This document shows, piece by piece, positions 11,641 through 25,004 of a DNA stretch of 64,000 bases. How positions within the stretch are numbered: position 1 is the stretch's first letter; every line of letters begins with the position of its first letter. The notes below the pieces were generated by a model. That model was not told the DNA's origin and did not search any database. It worked only from the letters and a program-made list of their open reading frames with translations. The stretch comes from Camelus dromedarius (taxonomy: Eukaryota), in NCBI RefSeq assembly GCF_036321535.1, contig NC_087437.1, positions 14,200,001 through 14,264,000 on the forward strand, written 5' to 3'. The position numbers and the translations under genes were made by a program.

Positions 11641-12889
11641 AATTTTATAGACCAACTCCTGAAAGGTTGAAAGGTGAGAGGCCCAACTTCTTTGTGTATT
11701 TTGCTGCCTGAACATAAGTAAAAATTTTACAAACTAATAAAGAAGAAAAAATGGTTATTAGAATGATAATGGTCATAAGAACCCCACTCTTTCTGCCTGT
11801 GTCACACATCCACCCTTCCTCTGACAGGCTGTGTATTCCTGTGTCTCTTGTTGGCAGTGATGCCTTTGCCCTCCTTAGATACTCTTCCATACGTGCATCT
11901 TTCAAACCCTGGCTCAAACGTCACCTCTTCCATGATGCCAGCCATGATATTTCCCATTGCAGTTGATCTCTGTGCTTCTATTGTCCTTATAATGCTCTCT
12001 TGTGAAATATTTAGTGGCAAATGTGTGTGGATTATGTTTTCCGCAACTGTGTATCCCTACATTGTCTCATGTAGGGATGGCAGGTAGACAGCAGAGAAGC
12101 CGCAAGTCCCATTTGTGAGCGCATGGAAGATATTGCTAAATGATTACAACATGATTTTCTGCTAAGCCTAAATACACTTCAAGACACCTCAGGACATTAT
12201 TAATTTATTATTAATAACTGCTCCAGGCAGTTATTACCAGTTGATTAAATGAAATCTGCATTCCATCTTTAGCTGAATTTATGACCTTCTTCATAACAAA
12301 ATCTTAATGCTTTGGTTAGTTGAAGTGAATTTCACTGCGTAGATTCCATGGGGGGTTTCCACCAAGGAGTAAATTTATTCAGGGGAGGGTAGAAAGTTAG
12401 AGGATTATAGTGGATTATAATGCTATAGCATTATAGCATGTGGAGGAGCTGAGCACCTGGAAGAAATCTGTTAGCAACAGTGACAAGCTCTTGCCAAAGA
12501 GAGGCCAGCCTGTCAGACCAATTTTATTTTCTTCTCCAGAAACCCACCAGGAGACCTGGTTATTTTCTTAGTTTAGAATCCAAGAATCAGATAAAGGACT
12601 ACCTCAACTCTGTGTAAGGCCATGCGTTGGGAATCTCATGGGTCAAGGGAAGGAGTGAGAGTCTTCCTGAATGTCACAATCCACTTCATTACTGTGGGGC
12701 AAATTTTCATCAGACATGGCTGTAAGTTTCTCCTCTGGGAACAGCAGGTGTCTACAACAAATCACACTCTTTCAACTGTACAGACTGACTAATGTTCAAA
12801 AGTCAGTTTGGGGAATGACAGAGTCATCGGGGTTTCTTTGAAGATAAGATCAGTTTCAAACGTTTGTCTTTTTCTTTGAAACTGTTTGA

Positions 12890-13295
12890 AGGCTATGTTC
12901 AATACAATGGCCATTAGCCACATTTGGCTATTTAAATTTATTTTATTTTTTTTTAACAGTTTTTCAAAGCATATGTTTTTGCTTGTTTTGTTTGTCTTGT
13001 GAGGGGGAGGTAACTAGGTTTATTCATTTATTTGTCTTTGAAGGAGATACTGGGGATTAAACCCAGGACCTCGTGCATGCAAAGCATGCACTCTACCAGT
13101 TGAGCTATACCCTCCCCCTAGTTATTTAAATTTAAATTAATTAAACTTAAATAAAGTTAAAACTTCAGTTCCTCAGTCACACTGGCCACATTTTATGTGC
13201 TCAACTCGTCACACGTGGCTAGTGACTACCACACTGGACAGAACAGATAGAGAACATTTCCATCATCACAGAAAGTTCTAGTGAGCAGCACTTTC
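12890..13295. mobile_element. MER3-like hAT-Charlie element interrupted by a SINE
   Basis: gccattagccacatttggctatttaaa ... cacgtggctagtgactacc...agaacatttccatcatcacagaaagttcta. Confidence 0.85.
12941..13118 (-). mobile_element. tRNA-derived SINE (camelid vic-1 type)
   Basis: Minus strand reads GGGGAGGGTATAGCTCAACTGGTAGAGTGCATGCTTTGCATGCACGAGGTCCTGGGTTTAATCCCCAGTATCTCC, with A/B boxes and an A-rich tail. A 16-bp TSD with 2 mismatches lies at 12925-12940 and 13119-13134. Confidence 0.9.
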
Positions 13296-14545
13296 TAAAG
13301 GCCTTCTGTAGAAGACCTGAGCCCCTTTGCACTGTAATTTAGAGTGTTTGCAGAAGTTTTGGCTTGCATGCACCAGTTACATCTTTGGCATTACCATTAT
13401 TTATATAACTATTTTATTTATGTTTCTTTCACCCAAATAAATGCTTTCCTCTTCCGAGGCCTTTCGATTTAGTGTTTCATTTGAGAAAAACATCAAGGAA
13501 GTTTTATCCCCTATAGTTAGAGGCCTGTGTGGTAAGCAAGATTCTATTATTTATCTTCTGTTGTTTCTTTATGGTGGCTAATATCTTCCCTGCTCCCTCT
13601 GAGTTCTTTTTTGCCACCTGCTAAGTTGGCTATGTCCTGCATGGGTGTTTGAATTTAAATTGCCTGCCATTTTGCCTTACTAAGGAAGATGTAGTGAATT
13701 CATTCATTAAAGGAAGGGACTTTTGGGAAATAGATGTGCCATAAGGCTCCTATTTATTCTGTGACATTTTTATTTGCGTCTTTTCTCCCACATTAAATCA
13801 AAGCTATTGTATACAGGGAGGTGTATGGAAAGCAGGCTACACAATACACTGTAGCTAAAACTTCCACGTTAGTTTTAAATGGGGCTCATTTGAAATGACT
13901 TTAATCTTGGTTATGGGGGCTGCTCAATGTAATGTTCATGCTTTGTTACAACTCAAAGCCATGTTTATTTATTCCTATGAAGATAAGAGTAAATGTTTTC
14001 TAAAATTTTGACTAAGGTGAAATAAGAATAAATAGAAATAAGATGTATTGTAGTATGAGACAAAATCTAATCACTTCTATCCCTGTGGTTCCACAGATCA
14101 TCATCTTTCCTTGTAATTTCCTACTAAGGCACCTCTTTGAATAAGGTCTGGACTGGCTACTTAGTGTTCATATATTCTCTTTATCCACATGATGCTTAGG
14201 CTAAAGACTTGCTATATATTTGGTAAAAAAGAACCCAAACTTTCCTTTTCCAGCATCACTGTTATGACAAACCATCTTCAGACATAGCTGTAGTGAGGTG
14301 GTTAATTACACCAGGGTTTGAATCCTAATTCTACCCCTCCTGGCTGTGTAGACCACAGAAATGACTCTATATTGTTTACTTCAGCTTCTTCATCTCAAAC
14401 TTGAGTTTGATTTCCAAACCTACATCATTAGATTTTCCTGAGGTTTAATAAAAGTCCTTAAAACAATGTCATTACTTTTTCACTTGAGTTCCAAGCGTAA
14501 GAATCAATTTTCTATGACTTTATACTTTTAAAGTTAAAATGCAGT

Positions 14546-14822
14546 TGCTGTGGTCTGAATGATTTTATAACCACCTCCTGCTCTGAATTCATAGAGCTCA
14601 TATGAATGAGATTAATGCCCTTCGAAAAGAGACCCCAGAGAGAGCCCCCTTGCCCTTTCCACCATGTGAGGACACAGGTGGAAGTCTGCAGCCCATAAGG
14701 GGACCTTCGCCAGAACTGGACTATGATAGCGTCCTGGACTTCTAGTCTCCAGAACTGTGAGAAATAAATTTCAGTAGTTTACAAGCTACTCAGTCTTACA
14801 GCAGCTTGAACAGACTAAAATA
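14546..14822 (+). mobile_element. MaLR LTR (MLT1A-like)
   Basis: aaaagagaccccagagag...ccaccatgtgaggacacag...tccagaactgtgagaaataaatttc. Confidence 0.85.
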
Positions 14823-14824
14823 GA

Positions 14825-15110
14825 ATTTTATATATAGTTAAATGAACAGATCTTAAGTATACAGCTTGATGAGCTTTGACAAATGTGTACACCATGAAAC
14901 CTACTATCAAGATATAAAAGATTTCTATCTCCCTATTACGTTCTCATAGCCCCTTCCCTATCAGTGCCTGATCCCCGCCCCCGACACACACACGAGGCAA
15001 TCACTGTTCTGACTGTATCATGTAGCTTACCTTTATCTGTTCTAGAATTTCATCTGAATGGAATCACAGAGTATTCTTTTGTATCAGGCTTTTCTCATTT
15101 TCTGTGAATT
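14825..15110 (-). mobile_element. Old L1M 3' end
   Basis: cagatcttaagtatacagcttgatgagctttgacaaatgtgtacacc...atggaatcacagagtat. Confidence 0.75.
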
Positions 15111-15369
15111 TTAATTCAGTGTTTCATCTTCTTCTATAATGTTCCTTTCATCCAAATTTTATGTGGACCTCCTGTCTTTAACACATTTAAAAATCATGGG
15201 TAGATTGGTTTAATTTTTAAAGTCCAAGAGAATGGCTTGGTGTTTTGGAAATGGCCTTGTAATTCCTACTACCTGACCATGGGAGTTTTGGCAACTTACT
15301 TAAACTCTGTACCTCAAACCTTATCACTTTACAATGACTGTTGTAATATTTACCTCCCATGAATTTTTA

Positions 15370-15470
15370 TTAGGATAAAATGAAATAATATGTAGATAAA
15401 TGAAATAATATATATATAATATATATTAAATAATATATAATATATATGAAATAATGTATATATATTTAGT
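15370..15470. repeat. AT-rich (TA)n-like low-complexity expansion at the end of a MIR
   Basis: Repeated atgaaataata and tatata units. Confidence 0.8.
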
Positions 15471-16084
15471 ACTTAGGGGTACCAAAAAAATTGCCAGTTC
15501 TCTCCCTTTTTAGGCCAATAAGTCTCACGGCAATAACCAACCAGTCATTTTGGCCGTTTACATGACTAAGTACCCATCAATTACACTGAATATGTGACTC
15601 TGCTTTAATTACTAAGTAGGCTCAAATCAAGGTTGTTCTCACATAATTACAACTTTTTATACTTATTTATCCCTTTATAATTTATAGGACATTGTTCCCA
15701 TATGTTGCTCATTTAATCTTCATTGCATCCCTAATGGAAAATAGGTGGAAAATAGGTTTTTTTTTTTTCATTTTTCAGATAAGGAAATCAAGACTAGTGT
15801 GGTTAAGTAACTTGTCCAGAATCACCCAAACAGTTAGTGGGCTTTAAAATAAGACCTCAGGTAATAAAGCTTATATTTTTCATGGAGCAGTGCTGAGTCC
15901 CCTGCAGTGGAGACAAGAGCGACCCAAGACCCTCACGTCTTACTGCTATCACTCTGCACTCAGGAGAGCTTCCAGAGCCACCTGGAGACCTAGGAGCTGG
16001 CCAGGCAGATGTGAGCACTCTCGAAAGCTCTCCACGTGGCTTCTGCCTTTAGTACGGGAGGTGCTTGGCTGTGAATCAGCTATG

Positions 16085-17480
16085 GCCCAGTCGTTTCTTT
16101 GTTCATTCATCAACAGGTGTATGTCATTCTGGCCATTTGTGTGGCTGTTAGATACCAGAGGCTATTCTGAGCTCTGGAAATTCAGCCATATGCAAAATAG
16201 ACCAAAATAAAAAAATCTTTGCTCTAATGGAACTTACATTCTAAATGGGGAAGATGGGCAGTAAGTGAATCAGCAAACATGTTTGTTTACTTATTTGCTT
16301 ATTTAATGCTGGGGAGTAAAAACTTCTTTGAAGAAAGATAAAATAGGGAAAATGAGCTTGCAGGGCACGGTATTTGTCGTTCTAACAAGGGTGGGGAGGG
16401 AAGGCCTTGGTGATAAGGTGAGGGAGGTGGGGAATAAGCCATACAGATTTGGGGTGGGGTTGGGAGTTGGGAATGCGTAGGACTGGGGCAGGAGGGTGTT
16501 TGGCATCTTTTAGGAACAACCAGGAAGCCAGTGGGCCTGGAGCAGAGTGAGCCGGGGGAGAGGGGTAAGAGAGAAGTAATAGGCGACCAATCATGGTGAG
16601 TCTTCTTTGCCATTTTAAGGATTTTGACTTTTCTGTTTTAATTGTAGTATAGTCAGTTACAATGTGTCAATTTCTGTTGTACAGCATAATATTTCAGTCA
16701 CACATATACATGCATATATTCATTTTCTTATTCTTTTTCATTATAGGTTATTAAAGGATATCGAATATAGTTCCCTGTGCTCTACAGTATAAACTTGTTT
16801 ATTTTATACATATATTTGCAAGTCTTGAACTCCCAGTTTATCCCTTCCCACTTCCTTTCCCCTGGTAACCATAAGTTTGTTTCCTTATTTTATTATGAGT
16901 GAGGTGCAAAGCTATGAGAGGGTTCTGAGCTGAGGAAGTCCATGATTTGACTCATATTCTTACAGGATCGTTCTGGTTCCTGGGGTGAGAACGTACCATA
17001 AGAAGAGAAGGATGGAGGCGGGAGACAGTAAAGAGGCTGGGACAACAGTCCAGACAAGAGCTGATGTTGGCTTGGACCGAGTTAGTCATGGTGGAGGTCC
17101 TAAGACGTAATTACGTTCTGGATATGATTTAAGTCTAGAGCCAACAGGATTCGCTGATGGATAGGCTGTAGTTTGTGAAAGTGAAGTCAAAGTGATGTCA
17201 GTGTTTTCATCCTGAGCCGTGGAAGGAAAGAATTTCTCTCACCTAAGATGGAGAAGGCAGGGAGAGGAACAGATGTGGGGAGGGCCATGGGGAGGCTGTT
17301 TTTTGGAGAAGTTGAATTTGAGATGCCTGTCAGACGTCAAGTGGAGAAGTTGGGTAGCAGATGGATCTGTGAGCCTAGAGTATGGGGACAAGGTCTGGGC
17401 TGAAGATACGAATTTGGGACTTATCAGAAAAGAGGAGAGATTCAAAGCTAGAGGCTAGATGAGTACACGGAGGGTGTGGG
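16085..17480. mobile_element. L2 LINE fragment, interrupted by a young L1 3' end
   Basis: ttcattcatcaacagg L2 terminus; aaccaggaagccagtgggcctggagcagagtgag; gagatgcctgtcagacgtcaagtggag. Confidence 0.85.
16632..16885 (-). mobile_element. Short young L1 3' fragment
   Basis: tatagtcagttacaatgtgtcaatttctg...tttatcccttccc...ggtaaccataagtttg, homologous to 7067-7350. Confidence 0.9.
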
Positions 17481-18105
17481 AGTGTTCAGTTAGTGTCATT
17501 TTGGAACTGATGAAAATGTGAGTTAAAGTGAAAGTTGTCTCTCAATTACAGAAAGGTTATTGGGGAGGTTTTGGCCCTTAATTACCATTTAATATTTCCA
17601 TGACATTTCTCACTTACTCCTCACTCGTACCCTTCCTTACTAAAGGGGTCCTTCCTAATTTTATCTCTGTGAAAACCGGCCCTGCAGGCCACTTGGTCTA
17701 GATCCCTCTCAGTTGCTATTGGTCTCTTTTTGAAACTGCTCTTCACTCTTCAACACTTTAGAAATTAAGAGGGACCCAGGAGGCACAAAAATAAATGCTA
17801 TATTTTTTGTAGGCTCGAGGGCGTTCTCAATGTGAAGAACAGCGTTTTAGTTTTTAAAAAGTTCTATTTTCCTATGAGAAATAAAGAGGAGAAATGTTCC
17901 AACCGTTTTGTTTTCATCTGTGACCTTGAGAATTGCCTTCATTTTACAGAAGGAGAAACAAAAGCCTATTTTATTGAAAGGTGTTTGGGCAGAAATGATC
18001 CTTTCACTATCCTAGATGTTATCACGTAATTCTTAGGTTGTTTGCAAAAGTCACTCTGAGAGTAATCTAAAGATGAAATGAGAGATAAAATACAAGGAAA
18101 GATTT

Positions 18106-18660
18106 TGTTCCAGGTACTATGGCTGCATAACAAATTACCCTAAAGCTGAGTGGGGGTAAAACAGACATTTATTATACTCTTGAATTCTGTGGGCAACAGA
18201 TTTGGATGGGGCACAGCATGGATGATTCCATGGTATGTGGGGCACCAGGTAGAAGATGTGAAACTCGGAGAGGAATCATCTGAAGGCTCATGTGCTCAAC
18301 TAGCAGTTGGTACTAGGTGTTACTTGGGGGCCACAGTTTCTCTCCACATGGGCTTCTCTGTGCAGCCTCTCTGCAGGAACTAGTTTGAACTTATCTGTGG
18401 CTGGGTTCCAAGGGTGAGTGTCCTGAAATAAAGAGCCAGGTGGATGCTGTCTCCTTGGTCTGACTTGACCTCAGAAGTCAGACAGCTTCACTTCTGCCAT
18501 TGTCTGTTGGTGGGGACAGTCTCAAGCTCACCCAGGTTCAGTGGAAGCAGTGTAGGTCCTGCCTCCCAGTGGGCAGAGTGTCAGTCACATTGTAAAAGGA
18601 GCCTTTGAGATGAGATATATAAGTTGGTGCATCCATCTTTGGGGAAACACAATCTGCCAA
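18106..18660 (-). mobile_element. MaLR LTR (MLT1 family)
   Basis: ggctgcataacaaattaccctaaagctgagtgg...tcagaagtcagacagcttcacttctgcc...aatctgcca. Confidence 0.8.
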
Positions 18661-20119
18661 AGATTTAGTGACTATCAGGAGTATAAGCTATTAGATTCAA
18701 AGAGTTTTTGAGGAGGAAAGTAGAGAAGAGATAAACACTGAGAAGTGATTGGAGGATGGGGCAAGAACTTTCATCGCTAATTTTAGGAATGTTTTAGTCC
18801 TTTTTTTCTCCTTCCTACTTTGCAGACTATAAAATGTTGCTTCATGAAAAGGTCTGTCTATATCTGTACCTCAGGTTCACAGTCTCATTAGGACAATGTT
18901 TGCCCAGTTTGCTGGATGACAGGCTTCTCAGAAGGGCACAGGGACGTGACTTACGGTGGAGATGCAAACAATTACCGAAGGCCCTTGGGAGTTTCCAGGC
19001 ATCACCCATAAGAGATATGAGAAGAACTTTCCTAGGAGACTGTTCCCCTCCCTGGTGAGAGACCAGTGAATTCCCTAACCCGCTCTGTTCTTAACTTCCA
19101 CCGATTTCCCTGCAGACATGTGCAAAGGGAATCAGGCTAAGTCATATTCTTTACCTCTGTAGATTTAGATGTGGGGGAAAACTCTTCTTTCCCCGCATAC
19201 TAAGTCAGCACCATGGACCACTTTTTAGAAGAAATTGGTGTCTTAGTCCAGGTTAGAGGGTACATGAAAAAGATTCACAACTGGTAGATAAAGACTGAGA
19301 GGGAAACGACTGAGTCCTTGATGTTCTAGAGGCTCATGGTAAAGTAAATGCAAATATGTGGACCGAATTTGGGGAGTAATTTGGGATGATTTCCAAGCAG
19401 TGCATATGCTGGAGGAACAAACATCCGGGGGATGTTTTCTGGCTTTGCCCATATACAGTCCAATCAGAGGAAGCTCTAGGCTCCCCATCAGCCCTCAAGA
19501 GCAAGGTGACACAAAGCAGGAAGGAAGCTTTTTAAATAATAAAAAGCACCTAGGTCGTAAAATATTAGAACTGATCTCAAATCTTAATGCAGTTGAAATG
19601 GACCAGATTTTTGCAATTTTCAAAGTATCAGGCAGCTAAGGCTGAACTTTATGGATGGGTTTCATTTTAATCAGCCTTTGCCTATTGGAACCTCAGGATG
19701 TTGGACTATGAAAGGCCTACACATGTTGGGGTTTGGCTGCATGGGTGCTACAGAAGCAAAGCATCCGTGGGAATGGTGGGTGCGGTGAGAGCATCGTGGG
19801 GCCCAGGTGGACTTGGTAAAGGCCAGCAAGTGTTTGGCAGTCGAGGGAAAGTGAGGGAGTCCAGAGTAGAGAAGTTCATTTCCCTGGGAGTGGGTAACGT
19901 CACACAGGCACTGTGGAAAGGATTTGGAATAAAAGTATTAGTGGGAGATTGGGTTAAGGATGAAGAAACCCAGGCTAGTCCTGGGATAAATTTGGGAAAG
20001 AAAAGATGACCTGAGAGGGTGAGGTACTTACGTTTTGCCTTCTAGAAATAACATGAAATTCAGGTAATCGATCTTTTAAAAAAATAATAATTTATGCAGT
20101 AGGGGAAGTCCCTGCTTTA

Positions 20120-20515
20120 TGTGGTAGAGACTTCTAATGCTCACCCTATCTTGTTTGCCTCTTTTCCTGGCCAATGGAGGTCACTCTTGTCCATCTGTCT
20201 TCTATGTGAATGGGGCCATCTACCTAGTCTGCCTGAGGGCTGTGGGCAGAAGGGACATGTGAACCAAAGTATCTAATTTCTGCTATAAGACCCTCCAATT
20301 CTCTCTTCTGCCAACAGAACCTGAAATATTCCAGATGGTGGAGGCTTCACTAGTCTGGGTTCTGGAGTGAAGACAGCACAGAGGAGAAACTCCCCACCCA
20401 TAGTCCCACTGGTGTAAGATGGACATGTTGCATGAACAAGAAAGAATTGTGTTAAACTACTGAGATTTGGGGGTTTTTAACATCAGCATAATCTAATCTA
20501 TCATGAATGACACAA
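20120..20515 (+). mobile_element. MaLR LTR (old MLT1)
   Basis: tgtggtagagac...ggacatgttgcatgaacaagaaagaattgtgttaaactactgagatttgggg. Confidence 0.7.
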
Positions 20516-22479
20516 GTCAGATGTGCAGATACTGTAATATTATTTTCTATAATTTATATCATTATGCTGTCAAGTGTATCTTGTTGAAGGCTGAGAGGGG
20601 ACTTAAATATGCCAATTTTAATAGTAATAGTCTCATTTAAAAATTTTTATCTCTCTCTCTATAAATATATTTTTTTCAAATTCAAGTTCATAGAACTGTT
20701 TTTCCAGCCAACATGCTATCTATATATAGAGGCTAACTCATTTATCCTTATGGCAGAGGAGGGAGAGAGATTTGTGATTTATGCTCTTCCTGGTCCATGG
20801 ATACCATGCTGACTTTGGCTGCAGGAGTTTGTGGCTCGGACAGCAGCTGACTCAGTCTTACCTAAGTTTCCTTGGCTAGGTCCCATCCAGTAGGCTTGCA
20901 CAGGATGTCCACCCCGGCCCAGCCTCTACTATGGAGTTACCTTTTCATGGCAGTGCCTTGTAGCTTGATAGTCTTCACCCTCCGCTACTTTTTTTGGTCC
21001 CCACATTGGCCTATGGGCATGTCTGAGTCACTTTTTGATTGCCTTCTCTTTCTTTATCATAGATTTCTATCGGTTCTCACTGCCTAAGCTAAGGATCAGA
21101 GAGATAGGAGTGCTGGTCCCTTATGGGACAAACTCTTCCTCCTTCATTCCCCACTGCCCCTAATCTTTTTTTTCTTCTCCAGATAGGGTACCACCTGCCC
21201 TTCTTGTCTGGTGGGGACTTCCTCTAAGTCACTTCATTCTTCTCATCTGTAGACATTTTTGTCCTAAGTGGCCCTGCCTCCCTCCCTAAGGCATTAAGCC
21301 TTGTGGCTTGACATTAATGGTGAACATGATTTATGGGGAGATTTAAAAAAAAAAAACTTAGGCTCACATTTTCAAGATAATTGCATTAGCATTTTAAAAG
21401 TACTTCCTCCCTGGAAATGCTGCCTACTCTTCGGACATTATTGGCATCTGCTGACTCACTGGGTGGAGAGCCCAGTGGCCTCCAGTGTGTGGTAAGGGTT
21501 GCGGACAGCCCTGGTGTCAGCCCCCTTGGTTAAGCTTGGTGGACTGACCCAGGGAGCTCCTTCCAGTCTGTGGACACTATATATAAAATATTGGCCTGCT
21601 GCAGAATAAACTCAGAGTTTAACTCCCAATTACCATGGAAACCCTAAGGGAAACACAATCCTTTCTTTTAGGTCTGCCAGCTACCTTGTTTTCCTAAACC
21701 CCTAATTTCCTTTAGGGTCTTACTCACACAGTCATGGCTTATTTCAAGAAGAGCAAGCATGAAATGAATATATGCAAAGACTTTAACAATTTATTTAACT
21801 TACTTTTCATCACATCTTTCGTCTGTACATTGAGGACTTGAGTCAATTTCGTCTTATTCAGAGAAATTCGCATTTTTGTACAGAGTATCTTGTCTAATTT
21901 TGCACCTCTCTTATGGGATAGTCACATAAATACGATGTCCACAGATGATTTTAAGTCAATCCTCAGAGTCTTGCTGCTTTTAAGGCTTGAGAATGGTTCA
22001 ACCAGAGACTCTTAGTTTTTCTTTATGAAAAATAATGATTATTTGAGGGTTTTTTTAGTTTGTTGCTGAATATTTTTAGCTGAATGATCTTGTGTTCACT
22101 GAACTCATGATCTTCTGTCTTTCATCTTCCCCCCCATCAAATTGTATTTCAGGAATATGCCATCTGTCTTCCTTGCTGAAGTTTGTGCTAGGATGAATTG
22201 CTACGTTCCTCTCTGGTGGGGGGGACAGTACAGAGGAAACTCTCCTTCCCTCTCTAGTTGATACAGTGATGATGGGAGCATGTTCATTAGCAGATGTACA
22301 GCATTTTGACTAGAGATGCGGTCCTGAAATTAGTCTCTGTTTCAAATCCTATGACCTTATGTATTATTTGTGTTGGACAGCTTTGTGCATGACTTCAAAC
22401 GTTTGTCAGGTCCAGTTCTTACTTGAGCTACTTTTATCGTGGTTCATTCCTGTAGACTTTAATCTGCTTCATGCCCGGG

Positions 22480-22924
22480 CAGTTAGATGGAGTCTTCTAT
22501 GGGCTCATGCCATGGTCACGCACCTCTAGTTTCTTGCCCTCTGGCTTATCTGATATCACATCATGGGATACTGCTTTATACTGACAGATATACAATCCCC
22601 AAATTCAGAGGAGTAAACCCTCTCTTGAGCCAGTGGGAGAGAGGAGCAGACAGATAAATGCTTCCTCTTTTGTCCCCAGGTAGACACTCCTGAGATATAA
22701 TTCATAAGGTTCCTTGGAACGTGGAAGGTCCTGGTGGATCAAGCACTGGCTGCCTATGGGAATGGTCACCTCAGTCACACAGCCTTGTGTTGGCTTTGCC
22801 TTCTTCCTGCTTATTTTTCCTGTCCTGCAGTCTTGCTCCCTAGGAACCGTATTCCAAAGTAACTTACCTACAAGGAAGTTTTTACCTGAGATTCTGCTTT
22901 GGAGGTAGGGGCAAGGCTAAGACA
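22480..22924 (+). mobile_element. ERVL LTR (LTR16-like)
   Basis: gagccagtgggagagaggagcagacagataaatgcttcc...ctgagattctgctttggagg...ggctaagaca. Confidence 0.7.
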
Positions 22925-23138
22925 GTATTCTTTATAAAACAGAAGCTAGTGTTTTCTCAGCAAAGCCTACCAACAGAGCGTCAAACTTGTAGAGAGGAAG
23001 CATTTGAGAGTTTGGGGGATGTGTGAGTGCGTGGGCATGTACATGCCAGAGTGTGGAACTGCTTTCCAAAGCCAGCTGTAGTAGTGATTTGGTTACCCAC
23101 ACAAAGAGATAGACAAGTGGGTTATACAAAAATCTTTT

Positions 23139-23195
23139 ATTGACACAACATTGTAATCTGACTAGACTTCAATAAAAAAAAACAACAAACAAGCA
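23139..23195 (+). mobile_element. Extreme 3' tip of a young L1 with A-rich tail
   Basis: ttgacacaacattgtaatctgactagacttcaataaaaaaaaa matches the L1 terminus at 43221-43270. Confidence 0.75.
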
Positions 23196-23751
23196 AAATC
23201 CAATATTAAAAAAAAACCTGTTATATTTGAAATTAAGTTGCACCCACTCCCCCCCCCCCCCATTTACTGATAGTCAAAACTCATCTGTCCTTTTCTATTT
23301 CTGGCTTCAAGTTCCTTCCAACTTGATACTTCTTTTATAACCCAGATTCCTGTGGTACAATGGTAGGGAAGAGATCTTAGGGAAACTACAAAGCAGATAA
23401 CAGACTTACCTATAAAAGCTCAGTTAGAACTAGCTGCTGCTTGGGATAATGCACATTTTATCCCCATCTATTAATATGAAGAATTAAGGATTGATTTAAT
23501 TGGTAATGATAATATAAGATTTCCTTCTATTTAAAACTGGAAACCTGTCTAATTAGCAGTTCCTAATGAATACATTGTCAAAATAGCTAATGGCAGGGTG
23601 TTTAGGGAGTTAAAAGGGAAGGAGGTTAGAAGAATACCTTCTTATGTAAAGCTGGGTCCCTCCAGATTCTAAAGCCCCAGGATTGTGGAGGGGGAATCCT
23701 GAGGATGATATTTGCGTAATCAGTGTCTTGAGAAGGAAGTTGTTCCTCTGC

Positions 23752-24560
23752 TGTGATATTGTGGTTTATAACAAGTATATATTTGACCTTCATCCTATTT
23801 CTAGCACAGAGCTCCTAAAATGCTTGGAATTTACTAAATGAAGAGATAGAACGTTCTGTTATGTTAATGATGTGACATTTGGAAAGCCCCTAGGTAACCT
23901 AAGGATGGGGACTGGGTACCAGGGGAATCAACCTTATGAACAGAGTATTGGAACTTTCAGTCCCACTACCCAACCTCCGTACCCCCACCTCTGGGGAGGG
24001 GAGAGGGACAGAAGATTGAATTCAATCACCCATGGCCATTGATTTAATCAACCATGCCAGTGTAATGAAGCCTCCATAAAACCCCAAAAGGATGAGGTTC
24101 AGAGAGTTTCCTGATTGATGAACGCACGTAGGTGCTGGGAGAGTGATGCACCCAGGGAGAGCATGGGAGCCCTGAGCCCCTGCCAGTGTACCTTGCCCTA
24201 CATGCTTCTTCATCTGGCTGTTCATCTGTATCCTTTACAATGTCCCTTATAATAAGTTGATAAAATAAGTACATTTCTCTGAGTTCAATGAGCCAATCTA
24301 TCAGATTACTTGAACCCAAAGAGAGGGTGATGAGAACCTCTAAATCTCTGACCTAGTGGGTCAGAAGCATGGGTGACAACTTGGACTTGTGATTGGCATC
24401 TGAAGTTGGGGGAGGGAGATGCAGTCTTGTAGGACTGAGCCTTAACCTGTGGGATCTGACACTATCTACAGGTAGATAGTGTCAGAATTGAGTCAAAGTG
24501 TAGGACACCCAGTCAGTGTCTGTTGAGAATAGCTTGGTGGTGGTGGAAAGCACACCCGTT
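23752..24560 (+). mobile_element. MER21-like LTR
   Basis: tgtgatattgtg...gcacagagctcctaaaa...tcaatcacccatggccattgatttaatcaaccatgcc...taatgaagcctccataaaaccccaaaag...gtagatagtgtcagaattga. Confidence 0.85.
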
Positions 24561-25004
24561 GGACCTGCCCAATAGAAAGGAAAATAGAATCCCATCAAAA
24601 TCTCAAAGGAACAGGCATGCTATAAGAGAGCTTTGGAGGAGGGGATCCCTAAAGATTTGCTGTCTACTAGAGATACTGAAATTAGGTTTCTAGTCACTTG
24701 ATAGCATGCCTTAAATGATATTTATCCTATTATTGCTCATTTCTGAGTAACCAGTAGATACTGTGTGGTTCTGGTTTCTTTATCCTTTTGCCAGGACAGG
24801 AAAAATTAGAGAAAATCTGGAATCACCCCTTTTCATGTGGTTGCATTATGTGGATAATTAGTCATCCTGGAATTTCTTTAATCTTCTATTCAATTTTGAT
24901 CATTTTATTTGCTTTGGTAAATCATAAGCAACCATGACTGCACATATGTTCCCTTTTCAGATCTTTCAATAATATACCAGTTGGATGAAGAATTTTAGAA
25001 GTTG

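Noticed and set aside
11230..11715. 161-aa ORF
   Set aside because: It is a chance fusion of nested old L1 fragments.
13043..13118. Possible functional tRNA gene
   Set aside because: The B box is degenerate (GGTTTAATCC), and the A-rich tail and TSD mark it as a SINE.
16451..16471. Canonical G-quadruplex motif
   Set aside because: It is a single motif inside L2. Such motifs are common genome-wide and there is no supporting context.
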